Positions 51,620-61,715 of a DNA stretch of 64,000 nucleotides are shown in pieces. The translations under genes and the position numbers were made by a program. The stretch is from contig JAWCSL010000001.1 in assembly GCA_039090665.1 (NCBI GenBank), positions 23,308-87,307 of the forward strand. The letters run 5' to 3'. The notes below the pieces were generated by a model. It worked only from the letters and a program-made list of their open reading frames with translations. It was not told where the DNA came from and searched no databases. Source of the DNA: Candidatus Aenigmatarchaeota archaeon. GTDB lineage: Archaea; Aenigmatarchaeota; Aenigmatarchaeia; CG10238-14; SCSR01. Positions within the stretch are counted from its first letter, which is position 1. Each line of letters opens with the position of its first letter.

Positions 51620-52489
51620 ATGAAGACAAAACACTTAATTCTTTTACCAATTGTTTTGCTGCTTTTAAGTCCTGTTGTTGCTCAAACCGAAATAGCTATT
51701 CCGATTGAAGCGATCAAAACAAGAACGGAAGAAATTCCAACACAAGCAACAAAGCCAATAGAAATTGATATAAGAAAAGCAGAAGAAATTAAATCCTTGC
51801 CAGCTGGTTGTAAAAATTTGTGTGGTGATGGAACATGTCAAGAAATAGTTTGTCTTGCAATTGGTTGCCCTTGTCCAGAAACTAAAGAAAGTTGTCCTCA
51901 AGATTGTGGAGCTATAGAAAAAACAGCTCAGCCTATAATAACATTGCCAACGGAAGCTAGCATCAAGATCTCTCCTGTTGCCGAAAAACCTGTGCTGATT
52001 GAAGATAGGCCAGTTGAATTCAAGGGTGTGGAAGAAATTCCTTTGATCTCAATTGAAGTTAAGCCTGTTTTGCTTGCCTTGCCTTCCCAAGTTTCAAGCT
52101 TAGCAAGACCAGAAGTTAGTGTTAAAGTTGATATTGATGAAAAAGAAAAAATAACAAAATTGGAAGTTGGAGGTGTAGTTGCAGTGACAAAAGAAACTTT
52201 GAAGTTTGAAAATTCTTCCTTGAAAATTGAAACTCCGAAAAAAGAAGTTTTTGTCAACATCATGCCAAATTTAGCCGAACAAATCACACTCTTCAATGAA
52301 AAACAAAAAATAGAAAAAATGGAATTAAAAAGCGAGGAAGATAAAGCAGTTTATGAAATTGAGGGTAAGAAAGAGGCCAAGTTGCTTTGGATAATTCCGG
52401 TAACAATTCCCATCAAAACTGAAGTTAATGCTGAGAATGGAAAGATAGAGGGAATTGAAAAGCCTTGGTGGAGCTTTTTAGCAATTTAA
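51620..52489 (+). CDS. Secreted protein with signal peptide and a compact Cys-rich module
   Basis: The signal peptide is MKTKHLILLPIVLLLLSPVVAQ. The Cys-rich module is CKNLCGDGTCQEIVCLAIGCPCPETKESCPQDCG. Confidence 0.5.
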   Translation: MKTKHLILLPIVLLLLSPVVAQTEIAIPIEAIKTRTEEIPTQATKPIEIDIRKAEEIKSLPAGCKNLCGDGTCQEIVCLAIGCPCPETKESCPQDCGAIEKTAQPIITLPTEASIKISPVAEKPVLIEDRPVEFKGVEEIPLISIEVKPVLLALPSQVSSLARPEVSVKVDIDEKEKITKLEVGGVVAVTKETLKFENSSLKIETPKKEVFVNIMPNLAEQITLFNEKQKIEKMELKSEEDKAVYEIEGKKEAKLLWIIPVTIPIKTEVNAENGKIEGIEKPWWSFLAI

Positions 52490-52797
52490 TCCATGCCTTT
52501 TAATTTTTGTTCTTTGTAAGTTGGCTTTTGAAGAACAAAAACAGACTTTAAAGCTTTTTTGAATCTGTATAGTGTAATTGGGTCTGTGATAATAACACCA
52601 TCAACTTCAAATTCTCCTCCCACAACTTTTTCACCTTTTTGATAAAGTGTTTTATCAACTATGTAGAACAAATTTGTCCCTTTTGACCTAAACCATTTTC
52701 TCTCTCTACAATAAACAAAATTTATTGATCCAGATTTTTTGGGCATAATTTCTTGAATTTTTTCCGCATCTTCAGGAATGTAACTTTCTAATCCCAA
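52486..52797 (-). CDS. Hypothetical 103-aa protein
   Basis: An ORF only. Confidence 0.35.
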   Translation of the reverse strand: MGLESYIPEDAEKIQEIMPKKSGSINFVYCRERKWFRSKGTNLFYIVDKTLYQKGEKVVGGEFEVDGVIITDPITLYRFKKALKSVFVLQKPTYKEQKLKGMD

Positions 52798-53230
52798 TTC
52801 TTTATTCTTCTTTCAAATTCACCAAAAAGTTTATTTAAGTCAGAATATATTTCTAGCTCTTTTAATCCAAAAACAGTTTTGCCAGAAAAAGAGAATTCTG
52901 CTTTAATTGGTCTCAAAAAGTAAAAGGAAGTTTTTCATTTTGTTGATCATATAAAATTAGAAGAAGTTTAAATGTTTAAGCTTTTTGAGTTAAAGATTTA
53001 AATTCAAACTCTGGCTATTGTATTAGGAAAAACAGAGTTCAAAACCTTAACCAATTTCCTAGCTTTTCTTCTGTTTTTTGTGGAAATAGTTCCTTCCAGC
53101 TTAAATTCTTCACATCTAAGCTTTCCGTCTTTTTTACACAATTTCCTTTAATTTTATACGACTTCCGCATCTTTTGATTTAAGCCAATACCTATTGATTT
53201 GATAAACAACAGAAGGATCTTCTGATGGTA

Positions 53231-53743
53231 TTAATCTTTAATTTCTAAAACAGCTTCTTCAAAACTTTTCACCTTCTTCTTTGCAGGCTTTTCATCTGGA
53301 AAACCCAAGCCTATATTAGCTAAAACTCTGTACTTGCTAGGAATTCCTAAAAGCTTCCTAACATAATCTTCCCTCTTTTGGTCTTCTGGTGAGTAAACAG
53401 CATTCCAGCATGTGCCTAGGCCAAGCTCTGTTGCTTTAAGCATTAGCAGCATTATTGCGCAGCTCAAATCTTCTACCCAGTGTCTTGGGCTTTTGCTTTC
53501 TTCTGCCAGTGCTACTATCACCACAGGAGCATTAGCCAAAAAAGCCGACCAAGGCTGGGTCTTGCTCAAAGCCAGAATTTTCTCTTTATCTTTTACAACA
53601 ACAAACTTCCATGGCTGAGAATTGTGAGCAGAAGGGGCAAAGCAAGCAGCTTCTATGCATTTCTTGATCAAATCATCACTTGGCACTTCTTTCTTATACT
53701 TCCTTATGCTTCTTCTTTTCTCAATAGCTTCAGAAAGTTCCAT
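53231..53743 (-). CDS. Nitroreductase-family protein
   Basis: RRSIRKY…PSAHNSQPW is the nitroreductase FMN-binding N-terminal signature. Confidence 0.8.
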   Translation of the reverse strand: MELSEAIEKRRSIRKYKKEVPSDDLIKKCIEAACFAPSAHNSQPWKFVVVKDKEKILALSKTQPWSAFLANAPVVIVALAEESKSPRHWVEDLSCAIMLLMLKATELGLGTCWNAVYSPEDQKREDYVRKLLGIPSKYRVLANIGLGFPDEKPAKKKVKSFEEAVLEIKD

Positions 53744-53766
53744 AATTCTTCTTTTAAATTTTGACT

Positions 53767-54801
53767 TTAAAGCTTTTCCAAAACAAAAACATGTGGATAC
53801 AAACCACCAGACTCTATTACTCTTTCTTCCACAACTTTAAACTTTTTTGTTCTGCAAACAAAAGTTCTGAAAGAGTCAGCTCTTAAAGTTAAAGCTACAA
53901 TCCTTCCAGAATCTTTCAAGACTTCATAAGAAGAAGTCAAAAATTTCTCGTAAAGAGATTTCAAGTTTTTTCTCTTCATCCTTACCCCATAAGGTAAGTC
54001 TGTGATTATTTTATCAATTGAATTTTTGGGGAAAGCTTCTTCAAGCTTTGTTGCATCAGCAACTTTGAACTCTATGAATTTTTTCAAACCATTAGCCTTA
54101 GCATTTTTAATTGCACCTTCAACAAACTTTTTGTTTATATCGCTTCCAAAAATCTTTACTTTGTTTTTGAACAAGTCAGCTAACTCCAAAAGGATTGTTC
54201 CACCACCACACATCGGATCAAGGACCATTTCTTCTTCTTTCACATCAGCTATCCTTATTAAACCATAAGCTATAGTTGACTTTATTGCCGCTGGATGAAC
54301 AAATGGAAGTTTAAATCTCTTGTACAAAGATTCTTTTGTTAATTGAGATGAAACTAAAACATCTTTTCCGAAAACATCAACTCTCAAGTTAACATCAAAA
54401 TTTTCAAGATCAACTTTCAACTCGTATTTTTCTTTTATAACTTGGCCAACAACTTTTTGGATTTCAATTGAAGTGAAGGAATGCAAGCCTATCCTTTGTG
54501 AAGTAATTCTGAAGCTTTTTTTGTTTCTGAAAATCTCTGAAAGGTTTATTTTTTCAATTTTTAAGGCTATCTCTTCCAGAGCATTTTTATCAAGACTTGA
54601 AATTTGGAAAGAAGATATAAGCTTTGCTATGTGGTGAATTGATCTGAAAGAAAACAATTTTCTTGAAGATTCAGCTTCGATTAAAACTTTTCCCGGCAAA
54701 TTTTTGAATTTACCCAAAAATTTTGCGCTTTTTATTTTTTCATTTAGCTCTAGCTTTACTATATCTTCAAAACCTGGGTCGCAAGTAAGGATGAACTTCA
54801 T
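53767..54801 (-). CDS. THUMP-domain tRNA (guanine-N2) methyltransferase (Trm11/Trm14 family)
   Basis: An N-terminal THUMP region is followed by SAM motif I LDPMCGGGTILLE and motif IV DLPYG. Confidence 0.8.
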   Translation of the reverse strand: MKFILTCDPGFEDIVKLELNEKIKSAKFLGKFKNLPGKVLIEAESSRKLFSFRSIHHIAKLISSFQISSLDKNALEEIALKIEKINLSEIFRNKKSFRITSQRIGLHSFTSIEIQKVVGQVIKEKYELKVDLENFDVNLRVDVFGKDVLVSSQLTKESLYKRFKLPFVHPAAIKSTIAYGLIRIADVKEEEMVLDPMCGGGTILLELADLFKNKVKIFGSDINKKFVEGAIKNAKANGLKKFIEFKVADATKLEEAFPKNSIDKIITDLPYGVRMKRKNLKSLYEKFLTSSYEVLKDSGRIVALTLRADSFRTFVCRTKKFKVVEERVIESGGLYPHVFVLEKL

Positions 54802-55022
54802 GTTTTTCTCTGATTAAATTCATTTCCTTGAGGAGTTATAAAGCTGAAGAATTTGAGAATTTTTTTTGGTTTTGCTATTAATGTAGCAAGAAAAATGAAA
54901 AGAATTATCTTGTGGAAAAATTCAAAGAAAGTTGTTATAAACCATAATTTTTGTGTTTTTTTCCCATCAATTAGGTTCTTAGAAGAGAAACGGTATTAAT
55001 TTTAAAAACTTTAATAATAATC

Positions 55023-55784
55023 ATGTTCCAAATAGAAAGAGTTAAAACTTTGATTCCTGGATTTGATGAGTTAGTGAAAGGAGGAATCCCAAAAAGAAAT
55101 ATAGTACTGCTTTCAGGAGGTCCGGGAACAGGAAAAAGTATATTTGCACAGCAATTTATCTTCAATGGCTTAAAACAAGGTGAAAGAGGTGTTCTAGTAA
55201 CTTTAGAAGAACATCCTGTACAATTGAGGAGGAACATGCTTGCTTTTGGTTGGGATGTAAAAAAGTTTGAAGAAGAAAACAAGTTTGCTATTGTCGATGC
55301 TTTCACAGGAGGAGTGGGAGAAACAGCGAAAAAGGAAAAATATGTGGTAAGAAGCACTGATGATATACCTGAGCTATTAGATGTTATAAGACAATCCATT
55401 AAAGATATAGGAGCAGAAAGAATTGTAATAGATTCTATTTCAACCCTCTACCTTACAAAACCTGTTCTGGCTAGAGGTGTTTTAATGCAGCTTAAAAGAG
55501 TTATTTCAGGTTTAGGTGCAACAGCCATTTTTGTTTCTCAAGTGAGTGTAACTGAGAGAGGATTTGGTGGGCCTGGAGTTGAGCATGCTGTCGATGGAAT
55601 AATAAGATTAGATTTAGATGAAATTAATGGAGAGCTTGTTAGATCTTTGATAATATGGAAGATGAGAGGCACTGCTCATGATATGCACAGAAGACCTTTT
55701 GAAATAACAGACAAAGGTATAATTGTTGATTCAAAAAAGATTGTGAAGATGAGAGGAGAATTTTCAAAAATTTTGGAGGGATGA
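55023..55784 (+). CDS. KaiC-like RecA-superfamily ATPase
   Basis: [29 protein letters not shown] is the KaiC/RadA-like N-terminus with Walker A. Walker B is RIVIDSIS. Confidence 0.75.
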   Translation: MFQIERVKTLIPGFDELVKGGIPKRNIVLLSGGPGTGKSIFAQQFIFNGLKQGERGVLVTLEEHPVQLRRNMLAFGWDVKKFEEENKFAIVDAFTGGVGETAKKEKYVVRSTDDIPELLDVIRQSIKDIGAERIVIDSISTLYLTKPVLARGVLMQLKRVISGLGATAIFVSQVSVTERGFGGPGVEHAVDGIIRLDLDEINGELVRSLIIWKMRGTAHDMHRRPFEITDKGIIVDSKKIVKMRGEFSKILEG

Positions 55785-56185
55785 ATATGGATGAAATACC
55801 TTTAAAGCCTGCAGGAAAGGAAGAAATAAGAAAGCTGGAATTATCTTTGATTTTAGGTACTTTATTCAGGCCAGATGTTCTTGAAAGTATAAGAATGGCA
55901 AGCGATAAGGTAACTTGGTTAGATTCTTTAATAGTTGCTGCAGGAGCTTTGGCAAGAGAAAGGGCTGGAATGACTGCATCTAAAATAGCTGAAGAATTGG
56001 GAAGAACAGAACAAACTATAAGAAATCATTTGAATGAGAAAACAGAAGCAGGAAAACTTGTTAAAGCAACTTATAAAAGTTTCTTGAAAGGAGAAAAGTT
56101 AGAAGTTCTAATAACTTCAGAGGCAGAAGAAAAGTTGAAAAAAGTGAAACAAAAGCTTGAAGAAATACTCAAGGAAATTTCTTGA
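55781..56185 (+). CDS. Small HTH-containing protein translationally coupled to the KaiC-like ATPase
   Basis: The ATGA overlap indicates coupling. [20 protein letters not shown] is HTH-like. Confidence 0.4.
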   Translation: MNMDEIPLKPAGKEEIRKLELSLILGTLFRPDVLESIRMASDKVTWLDSLIVAAGALARERAGMTASKIAEELGRTEQTIRNHLNEKTEAGKLVKATYKSFLKGEKLEVLITSEAEEKLKKVKQKLEEILKEIS

Positions 56186-56401
56186 ATTGGCTTTTCAATT
56201 TTTGCATTTTTTAAGTTTAGCTTGGTCACATTTTTTAAAACTTGAGTTGCAGTAAGGATGAACTTTAGGCTCATTATTCAAATTTTTCTTCAGTTTAAGG
56301 TCTAGAGTTTCAGAAAGCTCCTGGTTTAGTTCTAAAAAATATAAATAGTTTTTTAGGAAGAAAAATTCATAAGGAAGTTATTGCAATCATAATTTTTGTG
56401 C

Positions 56402-56786
56402 TTAAATGGATTTTTTCAATTCACAAATTTCTTTCTCCTTTTTCCTCAAGAGATCTTTGAGTATGTAGTTCAGGTTGTAATCTTTTGGCACTTTACCTAT
56501 AACGCGGTTTCCTTTTGGTTCAGCTATGTTAACTATCAATGTTTCTATATCTTTTAAGTACCTAATTTTTTTAATTTCGAAATATAACAAACTTATCCCA
56601 TTTTCCAGCATGTCTATCTCTTAAGTGCCATCTTATTCTCCCATGGAGATTTTTGGTTAATCCAACATAGTAAAGTTCATCCCCCTTGTAAAGAGCATAG
56701 ATCCCAGAATATCCTTTCATCAATTCTTTTAATTTTTCTTCAAATATAGGATCTTCGAGAATACTGCTTGGTAATTTTTTAGACAT
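56402..56786 (-). pseudogene. GIY-YIG nuclease-domain gene split by a frameshift
   Basis: SGIYALYKGDELYYVGLTKNLHGRIRWH is a GIY-YIG motif with the downstream Arg. The C-terminal part …LIVNIAEPKGN (Glu, Asn) continues in the -1 frame. The overlap is near an A7 run. Confidence 0.5.
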
Positions 56787-56924
56787 TCCTTTTATTAGAG
56801 CACCTTTTGTGCTCTTTTTGTTTTCTTTTTCCCATCAATTAAAATTAATTCCAAAATAAATATCAATTTTTACTACTCTCAAGAGTTCTAAAGTTTAATT
56901 TTTCTCCTTTGCTAGGTTTGAAGT

Positions 56925-57509
56925 ATGTTTATAAAAGATTTTAGGAAAGAGGATAAACCTTTAGAAAGACTTGTAGAAAAAGGACCGGAAGCTTTAAGCA
57001 ACACTGAACTTTTAGCTATAGCTTTATGGAAGCTTAATAATTGTTCTGTTTTTGAAAAAGCGAGCGAAATTTTAAAGAAGCAAAATGTTAAAAGACTTTT
57101 TGAATGTTCTGTTGGTGAGTTGGAAAATTTGATTGGAGACAAAATTAAAGCTTGTCAAATTGCTTCATGTTTTGAATTGGCTAAAAGAGCTTTCTCTTAT
57201 GTTGAAGAAAAGCCTTTGATTGAAAGTCCAGAAGATGTTTATAGAATTTTAGGCCCGGAAATGCAAGGGTTAAAGCAAGAAGTGGTTAAAGTTGTTTTGT
57301 TGGATTCAAGAAATAGGTTAATTAAAATTGAAACTGTTTCGGTAGGAAGCTTGAATGAAAACTTGGTTCATCCTAGAGATGTTTTTAGAAAAGCTATAGA
57401 AAACAATGCTGCTTCTATTATTTTAGTTCATAATCATCATTCAGGAGATGTTGAAGAGAGCGAAGAGGATATAAAAGTTACTAAAAACATAATAAAAGCT
57501 GCATACTAG
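56925..57509 (+). CDS. radC: RadC-like JAB/MPN-domain protein
   Basis: LSNTELLAIAL is a helix-hairpin-helix-like N-terminus. HNHHSGDVEESEEDIKVTK is the JAMM motif (HNHPSGxxxPSxxD). The protein ends shortly after the motif and is slightly short for RadC. Confidence 0.7.
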   Translation: MFIKDFRKEDKPLERLVEKGPEALSNTELLAIALWKLNNCSVFEKASEILKKQNVKRLFECSVGELENLIGDKIKACQIASCFELAKRAFSYVEEKPLIESPEDVYRILGPEMQGLKQEVVKVVLLDSRNRLIKIETVSVGSLNENLVHPRDVFRKAIENNAASIILVHNHHSGDVEESEEDIKVTKNIIKAAY

Positions 57510-57705
57510 GAATAGAAGTAAAGGATCATATTGTAATATGAGGTAATAGTTTTGTGTTTTTCAAAAGATTACGAATATAATTTTTTCTAAGGAGAATATT
57601 AGTGAAATATCACTCAAAAGAAATAAAAATGATACGAAAATACTGGAAAAATAATCTCGACTTAAATTTTGATAAGTTTTTTAATTTTAACTTATCCACA
57701 TAATC

Positions 57706-59727
57706 CTTTCAATCCTACATTAATCTGATTTTAACGAAAAAACAGTTATATCACTGTTGCGATGACAAAAATCTTTCAATCCTACATTAGTCTGATTTTA
57801 ACATTTTGATATTATTGAAATTTTTGATGAAAAGGAAGTCTTTCAATCCTACATTAGTCTGATTTTAACTCACAACTGCAGCAACTGCCACGAAAGCAAG
57901 TGGATCTTTCAATCCTACATTAGTCTGATTTTAACTACTGATTGGCAAACAGGAGAACTTTTAGGAAAGTACTTTCAATCCTACATTAGTCTGATTTTAA
58001 CCGTTCAAGTCTCCAGCCTCTGCTTTCACCGCATTCTCATCTACTTTCAATCCTACATTAGTCTGATTTTAACTAATCTATAAAAAGTGGTAAAAATAAC
58101 TCTAGGTCTCTAGATCTTTCAATCCTACATTAGTCTGATTTTAACATAAATCTCATGCTTTGGTCCAAGTCAAAACGAAAGATCTTTCAATCCTACATTA
58201 GTCTGATTTTAACTGGCTTTTCTGTTTAAGAATATAATTTGGCTTGCAATAGCTTTCAATCCTACATTAGTCTGATTTTAACTAGTAAAATTGGCGAGAG
58301 AAATGCTTTATGAAGAAAATTCTTTCAATCCTACATTAGTCTGATTTTAACAATATATCTGGAGAGGAAGGCCTGCTTATGCAATCAGCTTTCAATCCTA
58401 CATTAGTCTGATTTTAACCTTTTTATCCTATTGCTAAGCAGCTTTTAAATTGGGTCTTTCAATCCTACATTAGTCTGATTTTAACAAGCAATGTGAATGT
58501 CACGCCAATATTCACTTTAACAGCCTTTCAATCCTACATTAGTCTGATTTTAACTATTTCACAATTAAGTGCGGAATGGAAATTGAAGTTTTCTTTCAAT
58601 CCTACATTAGTCTGATTTTAACAAGTATTTCTTTGCGGGTTTTCATCCCGCAAAACTACTCTTTCAATCCTACATTAGTCTGATTTTAACTAAAGTGACA
58701 AAGCAATGGTGGCTGGGTGATTGGTAAACTTTCAATCCTACATTAGTCTGATTTTAACACTGTTTTTTGGAAGTAGACTGGCGACAACTTTGTCTCTTTC
58801 AATCCTACATTAGTCTGATTTTAACCACATCAGACTGATTGGTTCATCATGAAGATAATAAACTTTCAATCCTACATTAGTCTGATTTTAACCTATGTTT
58901 TTCTTTCCAACTTTTCTGACCCAATCTTGCATGACTTTTTCTTTCAATCCTACATTAGTCTGATTTTAACCCTTTGTAAGTTCAGCTCTTTTGCCAGCTC
59001 ATCTAACTTGCTTTCAATCCTACATTAGTCTGATTTTAACTGGCAGTATGGAGAGAGAAATGAAAGTGAAAACTATAAACTTTCAATCCTACATTAGTCT
59101 GATTTTAACTTTGGATTTGGATACCACATTCATCACACCTTCCATTCTTTCAATCCTACATTAGTCTGATTTTAACAAAAATCATACTGGAGATTGATGA
59201 ATTACTTGCAACATATTGCTTTCAATCCTACATTAGTCTGATTTTAACGTTGTATTTTAGGTTTCCAACTTCTGCAATCAAATTATCTTTCAATCCTACA
59301 TTAGTCTGATTTTAACTAATCAAGAGATGAATATGCTATTCCAACCACATGTGGTCTTTCAATCCTACATTAGTCTGATTTTAACTGTGGAAGGAGATTT
59401 AGATTCTGATGCAGAACTTGATAACTTTCAATCCTACATTAGTCTGATTTTAACTTGTTTGGTGTTTATTATGTGTGTAGAATTCTTGACTCTTTCAATC
59501 CTACATTAGTCTGATTTTAACCTTTGATACAAACAAACAACACGCAAATACAGTTTAAGTTCTTTCAATCCTACATTAGTCTGATTTTAACAAAACTCGA
59601 ACAAGGCCTATTCTCTTACTGCTATAAACTTTCAATCCTACATTAGTCTGATTTTAACTTGAAAAAATCCATCATTGTGTATAATAAAGTTTAAATACTT
59701 TCAATCCTACATTAGTCTGATTTTAAC
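57706..59727 (-). CRISPR. CRISPR array, 30 repeats of 30 nt and 29 spacers of 36-42 nt; the repeat on the transcribed strand is GTTAAAATCAGACTAATGTAGGATTGAAAG
   Basis: The perfect direct repeat CTTTCAATCCTACATTAGTCTGATTTTAAC (plus strand) was counted by hand at 57773, 57840, 57906 … 59698. The distal repeat at 57706 has one mismatch (TAATCTG). The leader side is adjacent to cas2, and the reverse complement ends in ATTGAAAG, typical of type I repeats. Confidence 0.95.
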
Positions 59728-59825
59728 CCAGCCCGAAAGCCAAAATTTTTTCGATTAAAGCCGATTCCTTATATTTAAATCATCATGGATTTATAAAAAG
59801 CTATTTGTTTATAAAGATCCACAAC
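59728..59825 (-). promoter_or_regulatory. Putative CRISPR leader
   Basis: A 98-nt AT-rich segment lies between cas2 and the first full repeat. The degenerate repeat is at the opposite end of the array. Confidence 0.4.
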
Positions 59826-60089
59826 TTAGATAACCAAAGAAGGCTCTGCCTTTTTTATGCCTATATGTTCTTTTTGTAATACCTTGTCTGTTTGAAGTTG
59901 ATAGATAATAACTGAATCCTCATTTGCGTCTATTCTTTCTTTAATTCCAATTTCAACTTTCTTTAGTTCACTTTCAGTCAATTCTCCTTCAAAAACAGAA
60001 TTTTGAATCCAATTCAAATATTGTCTTAGAAATTGACACACTTTATTAACTCTTTCCACCGAAACATCATAAACTATGATTACATACAC
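59826..60089 (-). CDS. cas2: CRISPR-associated endoribonuclease Cas2
   Basis: 87 aa. MYVIIVYDVSVERVNKV… carries the conserved Cas2 N-terminal β-strand with Asp. It is adjacent to cas1. Confidence 0.85.
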   Translation of the reverse strand: MYVIIVYDVSVERVNKVCQFLRQYLNWIQNSVFEGELTESELKKVEIGIKERIDANEDSVIIYQLQTDKVLQKEHIGIKKAEPSLVI

Positions 60090-60090
60090 T

Positions 60091-61098
60091 CTACCACCAA
60101 ATTACAAATGGTTCATATTTTTTAACTCCAAGCAAATGTTTTATGAGCTTATAACACTCTAGTCTAATTAATCTTTGAAAAGATACACTTCTTCCCAAAT
60201 CTCTGTGTTTTATAGTAGTTTTAAGTTTTTCGTCATAGTGCTGTAAAAAAATCTTCTTTCCATTATTGTTAAGAAGAGTGTAGTTCAATTCCTTCATAAA
60301 ATGTTTTTCTTCAATTATTCGTTTGTTAATTAGCTTGAAGATAACCCTATCCGCTAATAAAGGTTTGAAAATTTCACTTAAATCTAAAGCTAAAGAAAAT
60401 CTCCTTTCGAATGGTTCATGTAAATAACTTATGGTTGGATTTAATTGTGTGTTGTAAATTTCTGTTAATATTGTGGAGTAAACCAAAGAATTGCCAAAGC
60501 TAATTAAGCAATTTATCATATTTTCCGGTGGCCTTTTTGTTCTTTTATCAAAATGGAACTTTTCAGGAAAAATTTTGTTAAAGCTTTGGTAATATGTATC
60601 CCAAATATTTCCTTCTATTGCCATAATTGCTGGAATATCATTCTGTTTTTCCAGTTCATTTAAAAGAAATTTAATTTTTTCTATTTCATCTTGCAATTCT
60701 CCTTTTGTTCTTTCATAATATTGTAAATTTTTCACAATATTCTGCCCGCAACCCTCAACAAATTTCTTTGCTAACTCTAACCTTTTCTCCTTGTTTAAAT
60801 AATACTCAACTTGTTTTACTAGTAAATATCCCGAAACCAAAGTTTCTCTTGGATATAAACTACCTTCATAAAAGCCATATTTATTAAAGAAATGAATCGG
60901 CACACCATACTTTGAAAGATAAGAAACTACGCCAGAAGAGAAAGTTACTCTTCCGTGAGCAAAAATTGCATAAATCTTGTTTATCGGCAAAATTTTCTTT
61001 TCTACCTCACCATTTTCATTCTTTTTAATAAAATAAACTGTGTTTTGTTTTCTTTTTAAAATTCCATTGCTAGTAATATAGTAATTTACCTTTCCCAT
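60091..61098 (-). CDS. cas1: CRISPR-associated integrase Cas1
   Basis: 335 aa. It has a Cas1-like layout with conserved E/H/E region candidates (…AIEGNIWDTYY…, …YLHEP…), and its stop abuts the cas2 start. Confidence 0.85.
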   Translation of the reverse strand: MGKVNYYITSNGILKRKQNTVYFIKKNENGEVEKKILPINKIYAIFAHGRVTFSSGVVSYLSKYGVPIHFFNKYGFYEGSLYPRETLVSGYLLVKQVEYYLNKEKRLELAKKFVEGCGQNIVKNLQYYERTKGELQDEIEKIKFLLNELEKQNDIPAIMAIEGNIWDTYYQSFNKIFPEKFHFDKRTKRPPENMINCLISFGNSLVYSTILTEIYNTQLNPTISYLHEPFERRFSLALDLSEIFKPLLADRVIFKLINKRIIEEKHFMKELNYTLLNNNGKKIFLQHYDEKLKTTIKHRDLGRSVSFQRLIRLECYKLIKHLLGVKKYEPFVIWW

Positions 61099-61121
61099 TT
61101 AATTGTTTATAAGTTTGTTAA

Positions 61122-61715
61122 CTATTTATTAATCCAGCATAATTCAAAGTAGCTACATTTTCTACAATACTTTTTCTTTTCTGGTTTTGGTGGTTTAGGT
61201 AAACAAACTATTCTTTTAATTTCTTGAAAAAGTTTTTGTAATTCATTTTCTTTCTCCGGAGTTAGCTTGACTTCAACAATTTTTCTTTTAGATGGATAAT
61301 TGATTATTCCTTCTGCGTTTTCGATCCCTTTCTCATGCTTAAGGTAGTAAAGATAATAAAGCATTTGATAATAGTGAGCCTCTTGAAATTTATCAGATTT
61401 TTTAATGTCATGAAGAATAAGTTTATCTCCCTTTTTGATAAAATCTATAGATATCTTCTGATCTATAAGTATGTCTTTCTCTATATCTTTAAATGCAATT
61501 TCATGTAATATTTTACCTAAAATTACAAGCTCAGATTCATGTTCCTGTGTAACATAATGAGAAAAATACCAAAGTTGTGTTTTACAATGAATGAAATAAC
61601 TCACCTGAACTCCTGTAAACAAAGCCTCTTCTTCAAATATTTTCTGAGAGTTTTGAGAAAAATTGTCTTGCTTCACTAAATCCATACACTTTTCTTGTTT
61701 TTTCTTTAAGCTCAT
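61122..61715 (-). CDS. cas4: CRISPR-associated exonuclease Cas4 (RecB-like nuclease with Fe-S Cys cluster)
   Basis: An N-terminal Cys (FIHCKTQLWY), a D…ILHDIKKSDK (D/ExK-like) motif, QEAHYYQMLYY (QxxxY) and the C-terminal CRKCSYFELC are present. The real start may be MDLVKQ at 61685. Confidence 0.8.
   Translation of the reverse strand: MSLKKKQEKCMDLVKQDNFSQNSQKIFEEEALFTGVQVSYFIHCKTQLWYFSHYVTQEHESELVILGKILHEIAFKDIEKDILIDQKISIDFIKKGDKLILHDIKKSDKFQEAHYYQMLYYLYYLKHEKGIENAEGIINYPSKRKIVEVKLTPEKENELQKLFQEIKRIVCLPKPPKPEKKKYCRKCSYFELCWINK

Noticed and set aside
59327-59509. 60-aa ORF overlapping CRISPR repeats
   Set aside because: It spans three repeat-spacer units and is an artefact of the array.
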